Source: a virus. From it: a stretch of 64,000 nucleotides of DNA. A model generated the notes under the pieces. That model was given only the letters and a program-made list of their open reading frames with translations. It did not search any database and had not been told where the DNA came from. The DNA lies in the IMG/VR virus record IMGVR_UViG_3300032265_003945, positions 1-64,000 of that record; one strand, 5' to 3'. Shown piece by piece: positions 32,296 to 42,206 of the stretch (its first letter is position 1; each line of letters opens with the position of its first letter). The translations under genes were made by a program, and so were the position numbers.

Positions 32296-34530
32296 TCAAT
32301 TGCCTGTAGAGCTTGCCGCGTTTGCGTTGGGGTCCGCTCCTAATAATCTAGATAAATCTTCTAAAATAGTTTTTTGGCATTTAGTGCAAAAGAATGGAAT
32401 TCCTCCGTGCGGATGACCGCCAGTATCTTGTGGAGATTTTGCCGCTCCTTTTGCTGCCGAAACTTTTTCTGGAGATTTTACATCAGGCTTGCTCGCAGCG
32501 ACCAAATTTCTAATGGCATCTTGTTCGCGCCCTATACGAGCGGCTTCAGCATCTTTTGCAGAAGTCTGTAAAAGATTTCCTCCTGATTCTTTTAATCTTT
32601 TAGCTTCCGCTAACGCCTCACCTCTTTGCGAATCAAGCTCCTTAAGCTTTTTTTGGGGGTCTATTGTACCTTTTTTAACACCCTCTACAAAATCTTTAGT
32701 GTACGCCTCTAAATAATCCATTGCGGCGCCTGCAACTGATCCTATCGCGCCTGTAGATGCAATAGCTCCACGGCTTCGAGCAGTTCCAGGATCCTCTTTC
32801 ATCGAGACGGGATCCCTGCGATCTAAATCGCGAAGCTTTGCTTTCAATTCTTTGGCTTCTGCTGAAATCGAATCTACATTTCCAAAAAGAGATGTCACTC
32901 CTGGGCTTGCTGTTCCAGAAAGATATTTCGTGCTGGCTAATGCTACTATTTGAGTATCTAATTTAATAGCATCTAGGGCATCATTGGATCTGGAGATAAG
33001 GGTATTGTTTTCATCTTGCTTTGACTTACCTCCCTCAAAATAATCTTTCAGGGATTTAGAAGAGTCGTCTAGCGCGCCTACCTTGCCCTCATCTTCCGCT
33101 TTCATTCCCTCTAACAATCTTTCAGCTGCATCATTGCTTTTAGCAAAACCTCCTAACGGACCTTGCTGCAATAAAGTTATTTGCTTGGCAAACTGAGCCG
33201 CCGCCTCTGGACTTTGTCTAGCCTCTTGCACAGAGATTAGTTCGCCTCCCATTTGGGATTTTAATGTTTCTTTTACTTTTTTAGCGACTTCGTCAAACTT
33301 ACCTTCCCTTAGAAGGGCGTCGATATCAAAAGCTCCTTGTAACCCGCCAGGTCCACCGCTCTGCTCAGAAAGATAGGCTTTTTGAGCTAAAGATAAATTT
33401 TTAAAATTCTGAATGTATCCTTCCGCTAATTCTGCGGAGCTTTTAGCACTCAATCCAGTCGCTTCTAATCCCTTAGCGACTTTGTACATATTTTCTACCA
33501 GCCCTTGAGAGTTATCTCCGTATAGTTTAAAGGAACTCGCTAGATTAGTAATATGACTCCTAAGAGTCTGACTATCTAAACCTAATTGGTTGGCTGCCTT
33601 TGCCGTGCTGGCTAAAAATGTCAAAACTTTATCGCCAGCTCCCTCGGATCCTGGTCCGGTAGTAATTAAGTTGAAACTATCTCTTAATTCTTGAGTTTGC
33701 GCCACCAATTTTTCTACAGGCACGCCAGCGCCTTGAGATAAAGTTATTAGTGCTTCCCCAAATCCTTTTATCATGTTCGAACCCGTAGCGGTAGTTGTGG
33801 CGACTAAATCTAAAGCCCCGGGTATTTTCATTATTTGATTGAGGTATTTTTCTGATTCGTTTGTAGTTAGTCCGGTATTTAATTGTATTTGCTTTAGCTT
33901 TTCAATATATTGAGCACCAACAGCATCTAAAGAGCCATAAGTTTTAATTTGATTGTTTAACACATCTAATTGCCCAGTTGTTGCTGCGGTTTTAAATAAA
34001 GTTTCATTAAATAATTTCTGATTATTAGATGCCTCAAGAGTATTTAGAGCAAATGCTTTTATACTCATCCCCGCTTTATCAGCAGCTTGTTTTAATTTAT
34101 CTTCGGATTCACTCCCCATAGCTTTTGCTATCCCAGCAGCATTATTTTCGCCGAGTTTACTTATCGCGTCTTTAATTTGAGCATGTCTGGCTTGATAAGT
34201 TTCAAAACCAGTCACATCAGTAAGGTCATTTGTAAGTTGCCCAAAGGCTTTGCTTGCTTCTTGAGTGGCTAAAGATACTGCCGCCATAATTTGCGGATAA
34301 TTAACTGCAATGCTTTGCAATTTTTCAAAAGCGCTTCCCGATGACGTTAATCCGTCTTTGAGCTCATCACTACTTATCTTTAATCGATCAAATATTTTAT
34401 AAATTGTAGTAGAAGGAGACTCTAAATTTTCAAGAGACTTTCTATAATCATCAGCAGCCTCTGTGCCTTCTTTAATAGCTTTAGTAGTTGAGGTAACTAT
34501 ATCTGTTGTGGATGGTTCCGCATTCGGCAT
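32296..34530 (-). CDS. Tape measure protein
   Basis: Ala/Gly/Lys-rich, helical-looking 744-aa protein immediately after the frameshifted chaperone pair. Confidence 0.75.
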   Translation of the reverse strand: MPNAEPSTTDIVTSTTKAIKEGTEAADDYRKSLENLESPSTTIYKIFDRLKISSDELKDGLTSSGSAFEKLQSIAVNYPQIMAAVSLATQEASKAFGQLTNDLTDVTGFETYQARHAQIKDAISKLGENNAAGIAKAMGSESEDKLKQAADKAGMSIKAFALNTLEASNNQKLFNETLFKTAATTGQLDVLNNQIKTYGSLDAVGAQYIEKLKQIQLNTGLTTNESEKYLNQIMKIPGALDLVATTTATGSNMIKGFGEALITLSQGAGVPVEKLVAQTQELRDSFNLITTGPGSEGAGDKVLTFLASTAKAANQLGLDSQTLRSHITNLASSFKLYGDNSQGLVENMYKVAKGLEATGLSAKSSAELAEGYIQNFKNLSLAQKAYLSEQSGGPGGLQGAFDIDALLREGKFDEVAKKVKETLKSQMGGELISVQEARQSPEAAAQFAKQITLLQQGPLGGFAKSNDAAERLLEGMKAEDEGKVGALDDSSKSLKDYFEGGKSKQDENNTLISRSNDALDAIKLDTQIVALASTKYLSGTASPGVTSLFGNVDSISAEAKELKAKLRDLDRRDPVSMKEDPGTARSRGAIASTGAIGSVAGAAMDYLEAYTKDFVEGVKKGTIDPQKKLKELDSQRGEALAEAKRLKESGGNLLQTSAKDAEAARIGREQDAIRNLVAASKPDVKSPEKVSAAKGAAKSPQDTGGHPHGGIPFFCTKCQKTILEDLSRLLGADPNANAASSTGN

Positions 34531-34531
34531 T

Positions 34532-34884
34532 TCATGTTCCTATTTTTTTGCGCTTTCTTCTTCTCTTAAGAGATGCTTTATTTTCCGTATTTTCATGCGA
34601 ATCTTTAACAATCTTCAAAGATTGCTCAAATTCTTCTTCAGAGACAGAGACTGATTTTTCATCGGCGTTAATTATTCTTTGCAACATTTCAGGATTGCTG
34701 AAACCGCCAACTAAATAAGCGTGATTTTTATAGGATTCGTTAGATTCTTTCTTATCTTCCAGCCAGCTATAAAACATCCACATTTTTTGAACCGGATCCA
34801 TATCAATAATAAATGGATCATCTGGTAATACTTTATAGGTCTTGCATAAATACCATGTGAATTTATGGTCCGGTTCAGCTACTA
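34532..34884 (-). CDS. Tail assembly chaperone, -1 frameshift extension (gpT-like part)
   Basis: The -1 frame is open from the slippery site through IVAEPDHKFTWYLCKTYKVLPDDPFIID into the listed 34532..34801 ORF. Confidence 0.8.
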
Positions 34885-35508
34885 TTTTTTTATATCTTCT
34901 ACCGTCTTCCTCGCTTCTTGATCTGTTTTAAATGAATATTTATCTTTAATTTCTTTATTTACATTCAAATACTCATTATATAATCTATCAGAGACTGCCT
35001 CGTCCAGCTCATCGATAAATTCTAATTTAGCCGTGAATTCACTGGTACCGAGAAAAGAATCAATATCAACTCCTGCAACAGAAACTAAACTTCTTGCTAA
35101 CGCTTGTTTTCTTAATTCAAAAGAAAATTCTATTGTGCCATCATATTTGAGAGAGGCTGTTAATATGTCTCTATTTTCTTTTGTTTTAAGAGACCTTAAC
35201 ACAAAAATATTTTCTCCAATTTCAACTTCTTTAAGGAGTCTTGACATTCCGCACAAAGTTTCAATTCTTCTCTTTGCAGCCTCAGAAATTTTAGAATTAT
35301 CTAAGCTCGCTTGTCGTCGAGCCTCTCCCCTTTGAACAAATTGCTGTTGAGTGGGAACCGCAACTTGCTGATATTGAGGTTGCGACGGCATTTGAGATTG
35401 CTGTTCTGGATACACTCCCTCTTCCGATCCATCTTCTTCATTAACAACAAACTCTCGCATACCGCCTTGAAACTTTTTGGAACCTAGTGAACTGTTAATT
35501 GTGGGCAC
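34882..35508 (-). CDS. Tail assembly chaperone (gpG-like)
   Basis: Lies between tube and tape measure genes and ends ATA AAA AAA TAG. Confidence 0.8.
   Translation of the reverse strand: MPTINSSLGSKKFQGGMREFVVNEEDGSEEGVYPEQQSQMPSQPQYQQVAVPTQQQFVQRGEARRQASLDNSKISEAAKRRIETLCGMSRLLKEVEIGENIFVLRSLKTKENRDILTASLKYDGTIEFSFELRKQALARSLVSVAGVDIDSFLGTSEFTAKLEFIDELDEAVSDRLYNEYLNVNKEIKDKYSFKTDQEARKTVEDIKK
34885..34891 (-). other. Programmed -1 ribosomal frameshift slippery site A AAA AAA
   Basis: In-frame X XXY YYZ heptamer directly before the TAG; the -1 frame joins the downstream ORF. Confidence 0.8.
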
Positions 35509-35521
35509 TCTTACTCTCCTT

Positions 35522-35570
35522 AAAATAAATAAAGCCTTCGTGTATATATAACGAAGGCTTTATTTATTTT
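35522..35570 (-). terminator. Intrinsic terminator after tail tube gene
   Basis: 20-bp inverted repeat aaaataaataaagccttcgt / acgaaggctttatttatttt with a 9-nt loop. Confidence 0.75.
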
Positions 35571-35584
35571 TTTAAATTTAAGGA

Positions 35585-36211
35585 TTAGAATCCGCCGGTC
35601 AAATCAATCAATCCCTGCGCATCAAGAGAACCTCTACGATTGCCTACGTCAGTTCCTTGCTCAATAGCATCGACGTATGGGTTAACCGCTCTAGGAACAA
35701 TGATATTGCCAACTGGTCCGCCATTCATAACGCTAAAGATGGTTTCTGCTTGGCAGTTCATCGTTTCAGAAATAACCCAATCAGTTGAACTGTACGCATA
35801 CGATATGCTTTGAATCCAGCAATTTTTTAATGTAGTGATGATTTGATTAGAGGGGTCTTGAGATTGATTATCAATAATCAAAATATCAAATGGATATCTT
35901 TGAGATTGAACGTGAACGAAGCCACGGCTAAAGGCTTGGGCAATGCGTAATTTATCAAATCTAATTCTGGTCGCATTGACGGTAAAAGTGGAGGATCCTG
36001 AAGGAACGGAATCTACCGAGCCATCAGCTCCTACTTCGGAAATTTGCCTAAGTGGTCTATTTTCATTGACAGTAAGCCCCTGAACAGCTCCTACTGGAGT
36101 GTTGCCTACTTGAATGATGATATTAGTGCTAAGAGCGGTGCTCGTCTTATTACTGTAGCCGTTGTCTTGGTATAAAGTGGATCCGGTTTGTGGATAGCCG
36201 TTCGTGACCAT
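35585..36211 (-). CDS. Tail tube protein
   Basis: VGAVQGLTVNENR..EVG, PFDILIID and TTLKNCWIQSISYAY. It lies downstream of the sheath and has a GAGG RBS. Confidence 0.8.
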   Translation of the reverse strand: MVTNGYPQTGSTLYQDNGYSNKTSTALSTNIIIQVGNTPVGAVQGLTVNENRPLRQISEVGADGSVDSVPSGSSTFTVNATRIRFDKLRIAQAFSRGFVHVQSQRYPFDILIIDNQSQDPSNQIITTLKNCWIQSISYAYSSTDWVISETMNCQAETIFSVMNGGPVGNIIVPRAVNPYVDAIEQGTDVGNRRGSLDAQGLIDLTGGF

Positions 36212-36275
36212 TTAATTTTCCTCTCTCAAACAATTAAAAATTGCTTTTCTTCTGATTATGCATAATTATTACTAA

Positions 36276-36893
36276 TTATTTTGATAATTTTCTTTTTCCT
36301 TTTAAAATATTTAATTTAGAACTGAGCGGTCGAAGATTCGCTAGCGCCCAACACTCTAAAAACTGAACACTTTCTAAACATTCATATTTAAAATCGGCTT
36401 TAGGTCGAACATGGTCTATGTGCCAAGTCCAAGTAGATGGGTCATCATCTTTCCAATTATTTGAATCAAATTTACCCCAATTACTCCAATTCATCCAAGG
36501 TTCAAATAAAGATTCTAAATGATTTTTTAACTCTTCTATGTTATAGGGTAGCTTAGGTATTTTGCTCGATTTATTATTTAATTTTCTTTTAAGGGAACTA
36601 TTGATGTAAGAAGAAATATTAGTTCTTAACTTATAATTAAGATCATTTTTTCTTTTATTTTTCTTATAGTTCCTGTCATATTCTTTCATGTAAGCAGAAA
36701 TTTTTTCTTTATTTTTAACTTTATATTCTTTATATGAATTTTTATTTTCTTGATATCTGCGACGGCATCTAATTTTGTTCGAATCTTTTTCGCAAACCAA
36801 ACAAAGAGCCTCTCTAGATCCATTTTTATGTTGCCTAAATAATTCAATAGGTAGTAGCTTGTTGCAGCTTTTATTTTTGCAAATTTTATTCAT
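36276..36893 (-). CDS. Free-standing HNH-type homing endonuclease
   Basis: N-terminal Cys pairs and LESLFEPWMNWSNWG..WHIDHVRP..CWALANLRPL. Likely start MNKICK at 36893. Confidence 0.8.
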   Translation of the reverse strand: MNKICKNKSCNKLLPIELFRQHKNGSREALCLVCEKDSNKIRCRRRYQENKNSYKEYKVKNKEKISAYMKEYDRNYKKNKRKNDLNYKLRTNISSYINSSLKRKLNNKSSKIPKLPYNIEELKNHLESLFEPWMNWSNWGKFDSNNWKDDDPSTWTWHIDHVRPKADFKYECLESVQFLECWALANLRPLSSKLNILKGKRKLSK

Positions 36894-36901
36894 AACAAAT
36901 A

Positions 36902-36929
36902 AAAATGGCGGGCATTCACCCGCCATTTT
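36902..36929 (-). terminator. Intrinsic terminator after sheath gene
   Basis: Stem aaaatggcggg / cccgccatttt with a 6-nt loop and a U-tract on the minus strand. Confidence 0.75.
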
Positions 36930-36944
36930 CTATAGATTAATTAA

Positions 36945-39713
36945 TCAAATTGTTCCGACACCGACTCTGATGTATATCCAGTTGACCGGGTAGGTGGGTT
37001 GAACCTTAACGAGAATGTTCCATTGCCTTGGATCAACTGAATCTCTTTGGACAACAAGGTCCTTATATGCAGTGATGAGAGATTGATTGATGAAGGCGTT
37101 AAGAACATTGACCGCTTGGTTTGCCAAAGTAATTTGAGTGGTCTGAGTTTCTGGGAGACCGATATAACCAGCAAAGCTCGCTCTCATCGACTTAGCAATT
37201 CTGTCTCGAATAAAGACGATGCTAATTTCTTGCTCTTCGGCGAAGCCACTTTGTGTTGTAGTAATGCCCCAAACAATTCTACCACCACCAGAAACTGGTT
37301 GAAGAGTACATACGCCAGAAGAGGCGAGCGACTCAAGAGTTAATTGAGAGAAGAGTTTGTTGCGAAGGATGGTAAATCCAGAGAGAACCTTATTGGTGAG
37401 GGGAATTTCGACTCTGGGTTGACCACCGAGGTAACCGGCAGCGGCGGCGGCGATATAGAAACCATCGATAAGTACGTTATCTGCGCCAGCTTGAACAACG
37501 ATTTGGTCTGGGTAGAAGTAAACGCAACGATAGGTTCTGCCATAAGCATCAGATACAGAGTAATTAGCAATATCTTCAATGTTACCATTAAGAATCTCTG
37601 TAGCGCTATCTCCTTGAATACCTTCAAGAATTCCGATATTTTCTACTGCTACCGGAGTATTGGTGCCATCCGAAGCCGAACCGATTAAGTTGGCGGGGGC
37701 TAATCCAGAAATGGCGCCTATAAACAATACGCGCTCTTTGCGATTGCGTATGTTGCTCATGGTTAAGCAGTGATTAAGGGCATTTTGGAAAATAACCGAA
37801 ATAGTTGATTTGGGGAGAGGAACAACAATATCTACGTTGGTCTTTTCTAGCGCCGCGAGTGCATTTAACCAACCAGCATCATAGAAAGAGGCGTCTTTTT
37901 CATCAACAACAGATACTCTGAGGGCGTATCCATTTGGCACAACGTCATTGTGAATAATGACATAAACGCTGGTTAGATCGGGATCTAACACAGAATAAAC
38001 TAGTGGAGTCTCAATGACGACAGATTTTTTAATATTTACATATCCTAGTCCGCCACCAGTGATATCAAATAATCCGTAATTAGCACCAGCTGTTTTGATG
38101 TTTAATCGTTTTCCAGCCAAGGTTCCATCAAGAACAGAGCTGGTAACAGTGGCAGTCGCGACATCAACTAAAGCCAATATCCCGTCAGAAGCGCTATGCC
38201 CAGGAACAACCAATCCTGTAAGCGGATCGATAACTTCAAAATCTAAAGTGGGAACAAGATTATTTTCAAAAGGATCGTAGCTAGTTACATCAACCGAAGC
38301 GTAAAGTTTACCATTGCTTACCGAAGTTACTGTGTACTTGGCGTTATTGGCAACATTTTCTGCATCGATTATTTTGAGGGTTTTACCAACATAGTTGGAA
38401 GTAAAGGTGAAGCTGGGAGAGCTGAAAACAGCGCCATTGCCATTAGCGACTAGAGGGTCTCTAGCAATGTATCCGTCAAATCCAGAAAGGATAGTGGCAT
38501 CGTTATCATAATTTTCTATTAAAGAGTAATAGAAAGAATATTCTGCATCGGTGATAAATTGGTGATAAGTTGGGTTAGATCCACCAGTGCCTACTTTGTA
38601 GTATTCATATTTGTTAGGAAGTATTTGTGTTTCAATTCCAGTAGCATTATCTGTGATAAAGAATTGAATATTAGAGTTTACATCAGGAACAACTCCTAAG
38701 GGGAGCGCAAAAACGAAGTCATCATCAAGCACAGAAGTGCTCTTTACTGATTCAGAAAGAATAACCGAAGTTTTGCGAGGAACGGCAGGAGCACATTGTA
38801 AAGCAACGATAGATGAGGTGGTATTGGCAAAGGCTAATTGAGAACCGAGGCTAAGATTATTGTCGATGCTGGGAGAACCGTAACGCTTGGTTACTTGATC
38901 CATTCCCTGTAATTGAACCGGATCATTAAGATAAGAAGAGACGATGTAGGTGGCGGTTAAGCTATCATTGGGAGAAAGTTTTCCGCTGCTAACTTTAACA
39001 GTAAATCCATCTCCTTCAGAGAGAGGATTTCCGCTAGTAGTTTGATAGATGGCAAATTTAATAATGCCATTAGAAGCTGTTTGACCATTGGAAGTCCATA
39101 TTACTGGATTTCCGTTAGAATCTGTTTTGTTTCCAGAAATAGATCCAACTGCAATGAATTTGGCGGTTTCTGGAATGGGAGTGTTGCTGTTGTCTCTTTG
39201 AACCGAAATGCAACGAATGCTCCAGGTTTCGCGGGGCGCGTTAGAATCTACTAATTCTAAATCGGAAGAAATATATCCATCGCCTTTGTTGGTGGTAAAT
39301 GCGGAATAATTTTGTCCGCCCAAGTCTTGAAGGTTGGCTTTTTGCATTTCGATTCTGCCTGTATCAGGATCAAATCGATAGTCATATTTAAAAGCAAAAG
39401 AAGATGAATTAATTTTTTGTTCAATTCCAACTAAGGGCAAACCATTGCGGTACAAGGTGGTTCTATTAGAAACAACAGGAAAGAAAGAGAGAAGAAAATG
39501 TCTTCCATCGGCTCCGTTAGACGAAGTATAAGAAGAATTAAGACCATCTTTTCCATTGCCAAGTGCGGAAGATACGAGGGTTTCAGGGGTTAAACCTTCG
39601 CCCATAATCGCGGGAACACGTAATCCACCAGCTACAGCGGTGCCTCTTGATTCTGTTACTACGTCCGTAAATACCCCTGGTAATACGTTTGTTGCGCCTG
39701 GAATGTTAGCCAT
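36945..39713 (-). CDS. Contractile tail sheath protein
   Basis: N-terminal PGVFTDVV and sheath C-terminus RIVWGITT..EISIVFIRDRI..VKVQPTYPVNWIYI. Confidence 0.9.
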   Translation of the reverse strand: MANIPGATNVLPGVFTDVVTESRGTAVAGGLRVPAIMGEGLTPETLVSSALGNGKDGLNSSYTSSNGADGRHFLLSFFPVVSNRTTLYRNGLPLVGIEQKINSSSFAFKYDYRFDPDTGRIEMQKANLQDLGGQNYSAFTTNKGDGYISSDLELVDSNAPRETWSIRCISVQRDNSNTPIPETAKFIAVGSISGNKTDSNGNPVIWTSNGQTASNGIIKFAIYQTTSGNPLSEGDGFTVKVSSGKLSPNDSLTATYIVSSYLNDPVQLQGMDQVTKRYGSPSIDNNLSLGSQLAFANTTSSIVALQCAPAVPRKTSVILSESVKSTSVLDDDFVFALPLGVVPDVNSNIQFFITDNATGIETQILPNKYEYYKVGTGGSNPTYHQFITDAEYSFYYSLIENYDNDATILSGFDGYIARDPLVANGNGAVFSSPSFTFTSNYVGKTLKIIDAENVANNAKYTVTSVSNGKLYASVDVTSYDPFENNLVPTLDFEVIDPLTGLVVPGHSASDGILALVDVATATVTSSVLDGTLAGKRLNIKTAGANYGLFDITGGGLGYVNIKKSVVIETPLVYSVLDPDLTSVYVIIHNDVVPNGYALRVSVVDEKDASFYDAGWLNALAALEKTNVDIVVPLPKSTISVIFQNALNHCLTMSNIRNRKERVLFIGAISGLAPANLIGSASDGTNTPVAVENIGILEGIQGDSATEILNGNIEDIANYSVSDAYGRTYRCVYFYPDQIVVQAGADNVLIDGFYIAAAAAGYLGGQPRVEIPLTNKVLSGFTILRNKLFSQLTLESLASSGVCTLQPVSGGGRIVWGITTTQSGFAEEQEISIVFIRDRIAKSMRASFAGYIGLPETQTTQITLANQAVNVLNAFINQSLITAYKDLVVQRDSVDPRQWNILVKVQPTYPVNWIYIRVGVGTI

Positions 39714-39806
39714 TTTTAAATCCTTGTTCTATAAAAGTTGTTAGCCCTTTTAGCCTAAATTAATATATTTTTATTGACAGTTTGATTAAAGAATCGTTAT
39801 ATTTCT

Positions 39807-40406
39807 TTATAATATTTTTTTATGCCTAACTCTAGAGGCTCCTTCCGACATATTTGTCTTGGCATCCAATGGTCGTAAATTATTTAATGCCCAACATTTC
39901 TTAAAATTTTCTTCTTTGACGCTCTCATAATAAAAAGATGATTGAGGTAAAATGTGATCAATGTGCCAATATCTTCCATAATTATCCCAAGTCATATAGG
40001 AGTCAAATTGTTTTTCCAAATGAATCTTTAGATCATTAATCTTCCACTCTAAATATTGATCTAGGGTAGAATTCTTAGAGAATCCATTTTTCTTTAGCGC
40101 ATGATAGATGGAGCGAGAAATATTTTTTCTCAATCTAAAAAATAAATTATTTTTAATTTTTTCTTGATATTTTATGTTTTGATAATTTTTATTCTTTATC
40201 TTCCACTCTTTAGTATAAACTTTGTTTTTCTCTTTTTGATCTGGCGTTCTTGGATTCTTTTTATTGTAGGCGATTGTATTGAGCGATTCGCATCTTCTAC
40301 AGATAGATTTAAAATAATATTTTCCAGAAGGATATTTTAATTGTCGATAATTCTGCTTATCGGCTTCTTTTACGGATAAACATTGCTTACAGTTCTTAAA
40401 ATTCAT
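39807..40406 (-). CDS. Free-standing HNH-type homing endonuclease
   Basis: CKQC/CRRC and HLEKQF..MTWDNYG..WHIDHILP..CWALNNLRPL. Confidence 0.8.
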   Translation of the reverse strand: MNFKNCKQCLSVKEADKQNYRQLKYPSGKYYFKSICRRCESLNTIAYNKKNPRTPDQKEKNKVYTKEWKIKNKNYQNIKYQEKIKNNLFFRLRKNISRSIYHALKKNGFSKNSTLDQYLEWKINDLKIHLEKQFDSYMTWDNYGRYWHIDHILPQSSFYYESVKEENFKKCWALNNLRPLDAKTNMSEGASRVRHKKIL

Positions 40407-41197
40407 AAGTTATTAATAATATTATCAGTAAGAGAAATGTCTGTATAAATAGAGAAATTAGGGTCTGTAGGAGCTTCAGGATTTTCTATATTTACTAATT
40501 CGGTAACAAAAAGAATTCTGTCAATAATGCTGCTAACCGGAATTTCTCTTCTCCATTCGGTACGAATATCTATAGTAATGCTTTGTCTAAATAACTTATC
40601 GTTGCGATCTTCGGATTCTGATGGTGCGCCAATATTAGGTGGCTTAACTACGATACCGGCATTTCTCATTGTCTCAAACATAATATCGGCAAAGCAAATA
40701 CCGACCAATTCTGCAAGATCGTCACGAGAGCGAAGAGAGCGAGTGATAATATCGATGGTAACAGAGCCCTCCCAAATACCAGCGAAAAGAAAGGCTCTAG
40801 GAGTATAGATGGTTTTATGATTGCCGTAACCGTCTTCATAGACAGTGGTTTCATAAAGAGGGGCTCCGGCTTCTCTGTTGGCGGAAATGGGGACATATCG
40901 AGCGCCATTGGCTTTGACGAGAATGGCTGGATAATGAATCCCGTCATATCTATAATTTTCGCCAATAAAGATTCTAGTAGTGGCGTTATCGTACAGTCCG
41001 GCGGTTAGGGGCAAATCGGTATGATCTACTGTCTTAGCAAATCCATACTCATCTTTCGTATAATGGTAATAACTGTCTTTTGAGAAAAAATCTCTCAAAG
41101 TAGCTATCACCATTTCTTTAGGATAAACTAGCGCAGAATACTGAACCAAATGATGAATATTCTGAAGATCGCTACGGGCAAAGTTGTTGGTAGACAT
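40403..41197 (-). CDS. Putative tail completion/terminator protein
   Basis: YPAILVK..SVTIDIITRS..RDDL pattern; last structural gene before the sheath. Confidence 0.6.
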   Translation of the reverse strand: MSTNNFARSDLQNIHHLVQYSALVYPKEMVIATLRDFFSKDSYYHYTKDEYGFAKTVDHTDLPLTAGLYDNATTRIFIGENYRYDGIHYPAILVKANGARYVPISANREAGAPLYETTVYEDGYGNHKTIYTPRAFLFAGIWEGSVTIDIITRSLRSRDDLAELVGICFADIMFETMRNAGIVVKPPNIGAPSESEDRNDKLFRQSITIDIRTEWRREIPVSSIIDRILFVTELVNIENPEAPTDPNFSIYTDISLTDNIINNL

Positions 41198-41204
41198 CCT
41201 ATAA

Positions 41205-42206
41205 TTATGGCTTTTTATGCCGACTTCTTCTTACTCCATCAAAATAATTTTGTTTTGAACTGAGGGGTCTAAGATTAGTTAAGCTCCAGCATTGCTGAAA
41301 AGAATCGTCATCGGTCGAACGATAAGAAAAAGTAGAAGCAGGAATAATATGATCTATCTGCCAAGTCCAAGTAGAAGGGTCATCATCTCTCCAGGTTTTG
41401 GAATCATATCTTCCATAGTTATCCCAGTTCATCCAGAATTCAAATTGAGATTCTAGATGAGATTTTAATTCTTGCTTAGAGTAAGGGAGAGATGAAAATT
41501 TTTTATTATTACTGTTAATTGAGCTTTTTATTAAATAATTTCTAATAGAGCTGCTAATATTATGGCGAATTAATTCGCAAGGGCTATTAGATCTTTTAAT
41601 AGCCCTGTTTTTATTTCTAAGATGTTTTTTAGCAATCGAGTTATTATCTCTACATTGATTACAAGTATTAAATTGCTTTTTATCAAAGAAATAAATTTTA
41701 TTTTTTGTTTCTCTACATTCCCTACAAAATACATTATCTGTAGAATATAGATAATTTTTAATTTTTTTCTTAACTAGCATTACAGAACAATTATATTTTA
41801 CAGATAATTGTTGATAAGAAGAGTTATTTTTATAATCTTGAATTAAAGAATCAATTTCTTGTTGAGAAAATTTTTTAGTGTATTGAGAAGCGGATCTAAC
41901 CTTTGAAACGTTTGATTTAATTATTTTTTTAATTTTAGAAGAATTAATGCTAAATTTTTTTGATATTTCTTTTCCGGACAAACCAGAGTTATAAAGATCA
42001 ATGATCTTATTAATCTTGCTTACAGATAAGTTAATTTTTTGCTTTTTAATAGGAATATTATTTTCTCTTAATATTCTTAAAATAACTTTAAAATTAACAT
42101 TGAATCTTGCGGCAATTTTGGTAGTTGATTCTCCGGAGAGATAATGTCTAATTATCTCTCCGGATTCATGTGAAGTAAAATATTTTTTATTATGAGCAAC
42201 TACCAT
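41205..42206 (-). CDS. HNH-type homing endonuclease with three N-terminal HTH repeats
   Basis: Repeats of I..Y..G.S..IA.KF, then WQIDHIIP..CWSLTNLRPL. Confidence 0.8.
   Translation of the reverse strand: MVVAHNKKYFTSHESGEIIRHYLSGESTTKIAARFNVNFKVILRILRENNIPIKKQKINLSVSKINKIIDLYNSGLSGKEISKKFSINSSKIKKIIKSNVSKVRSASQYTKKFSQQEIDSLIQDYKNNSSYQQLSVKYNCSVMLVKKKIKNYLYSTDNVFCRECRETKNKIYFFDKKQFNTCNQCRDNNSIAKKHLRNKNRAIKRSNSPCELIRHNISSSIRNYLIKSSINSNNKKFSSLPYSKQELKSHLESQFEFWMNWDNYGRYDSKTWRDDDPSTWTWQIDHIIPASTFSYRSTDDDSFQQCWSLTNLRPLSSKQNYFDGVRRSRHKKP

Noticed and set aside
15713-39713. Bacterial contractile injection system or tailocin
   Set aside because: Neck-like genes, a chaperone frameshift, many homing endonucleases, a tRNA and no host housekeeping genes fit a phage better. 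Capsid and terminase genes are not in this window, so the call is not absolute.
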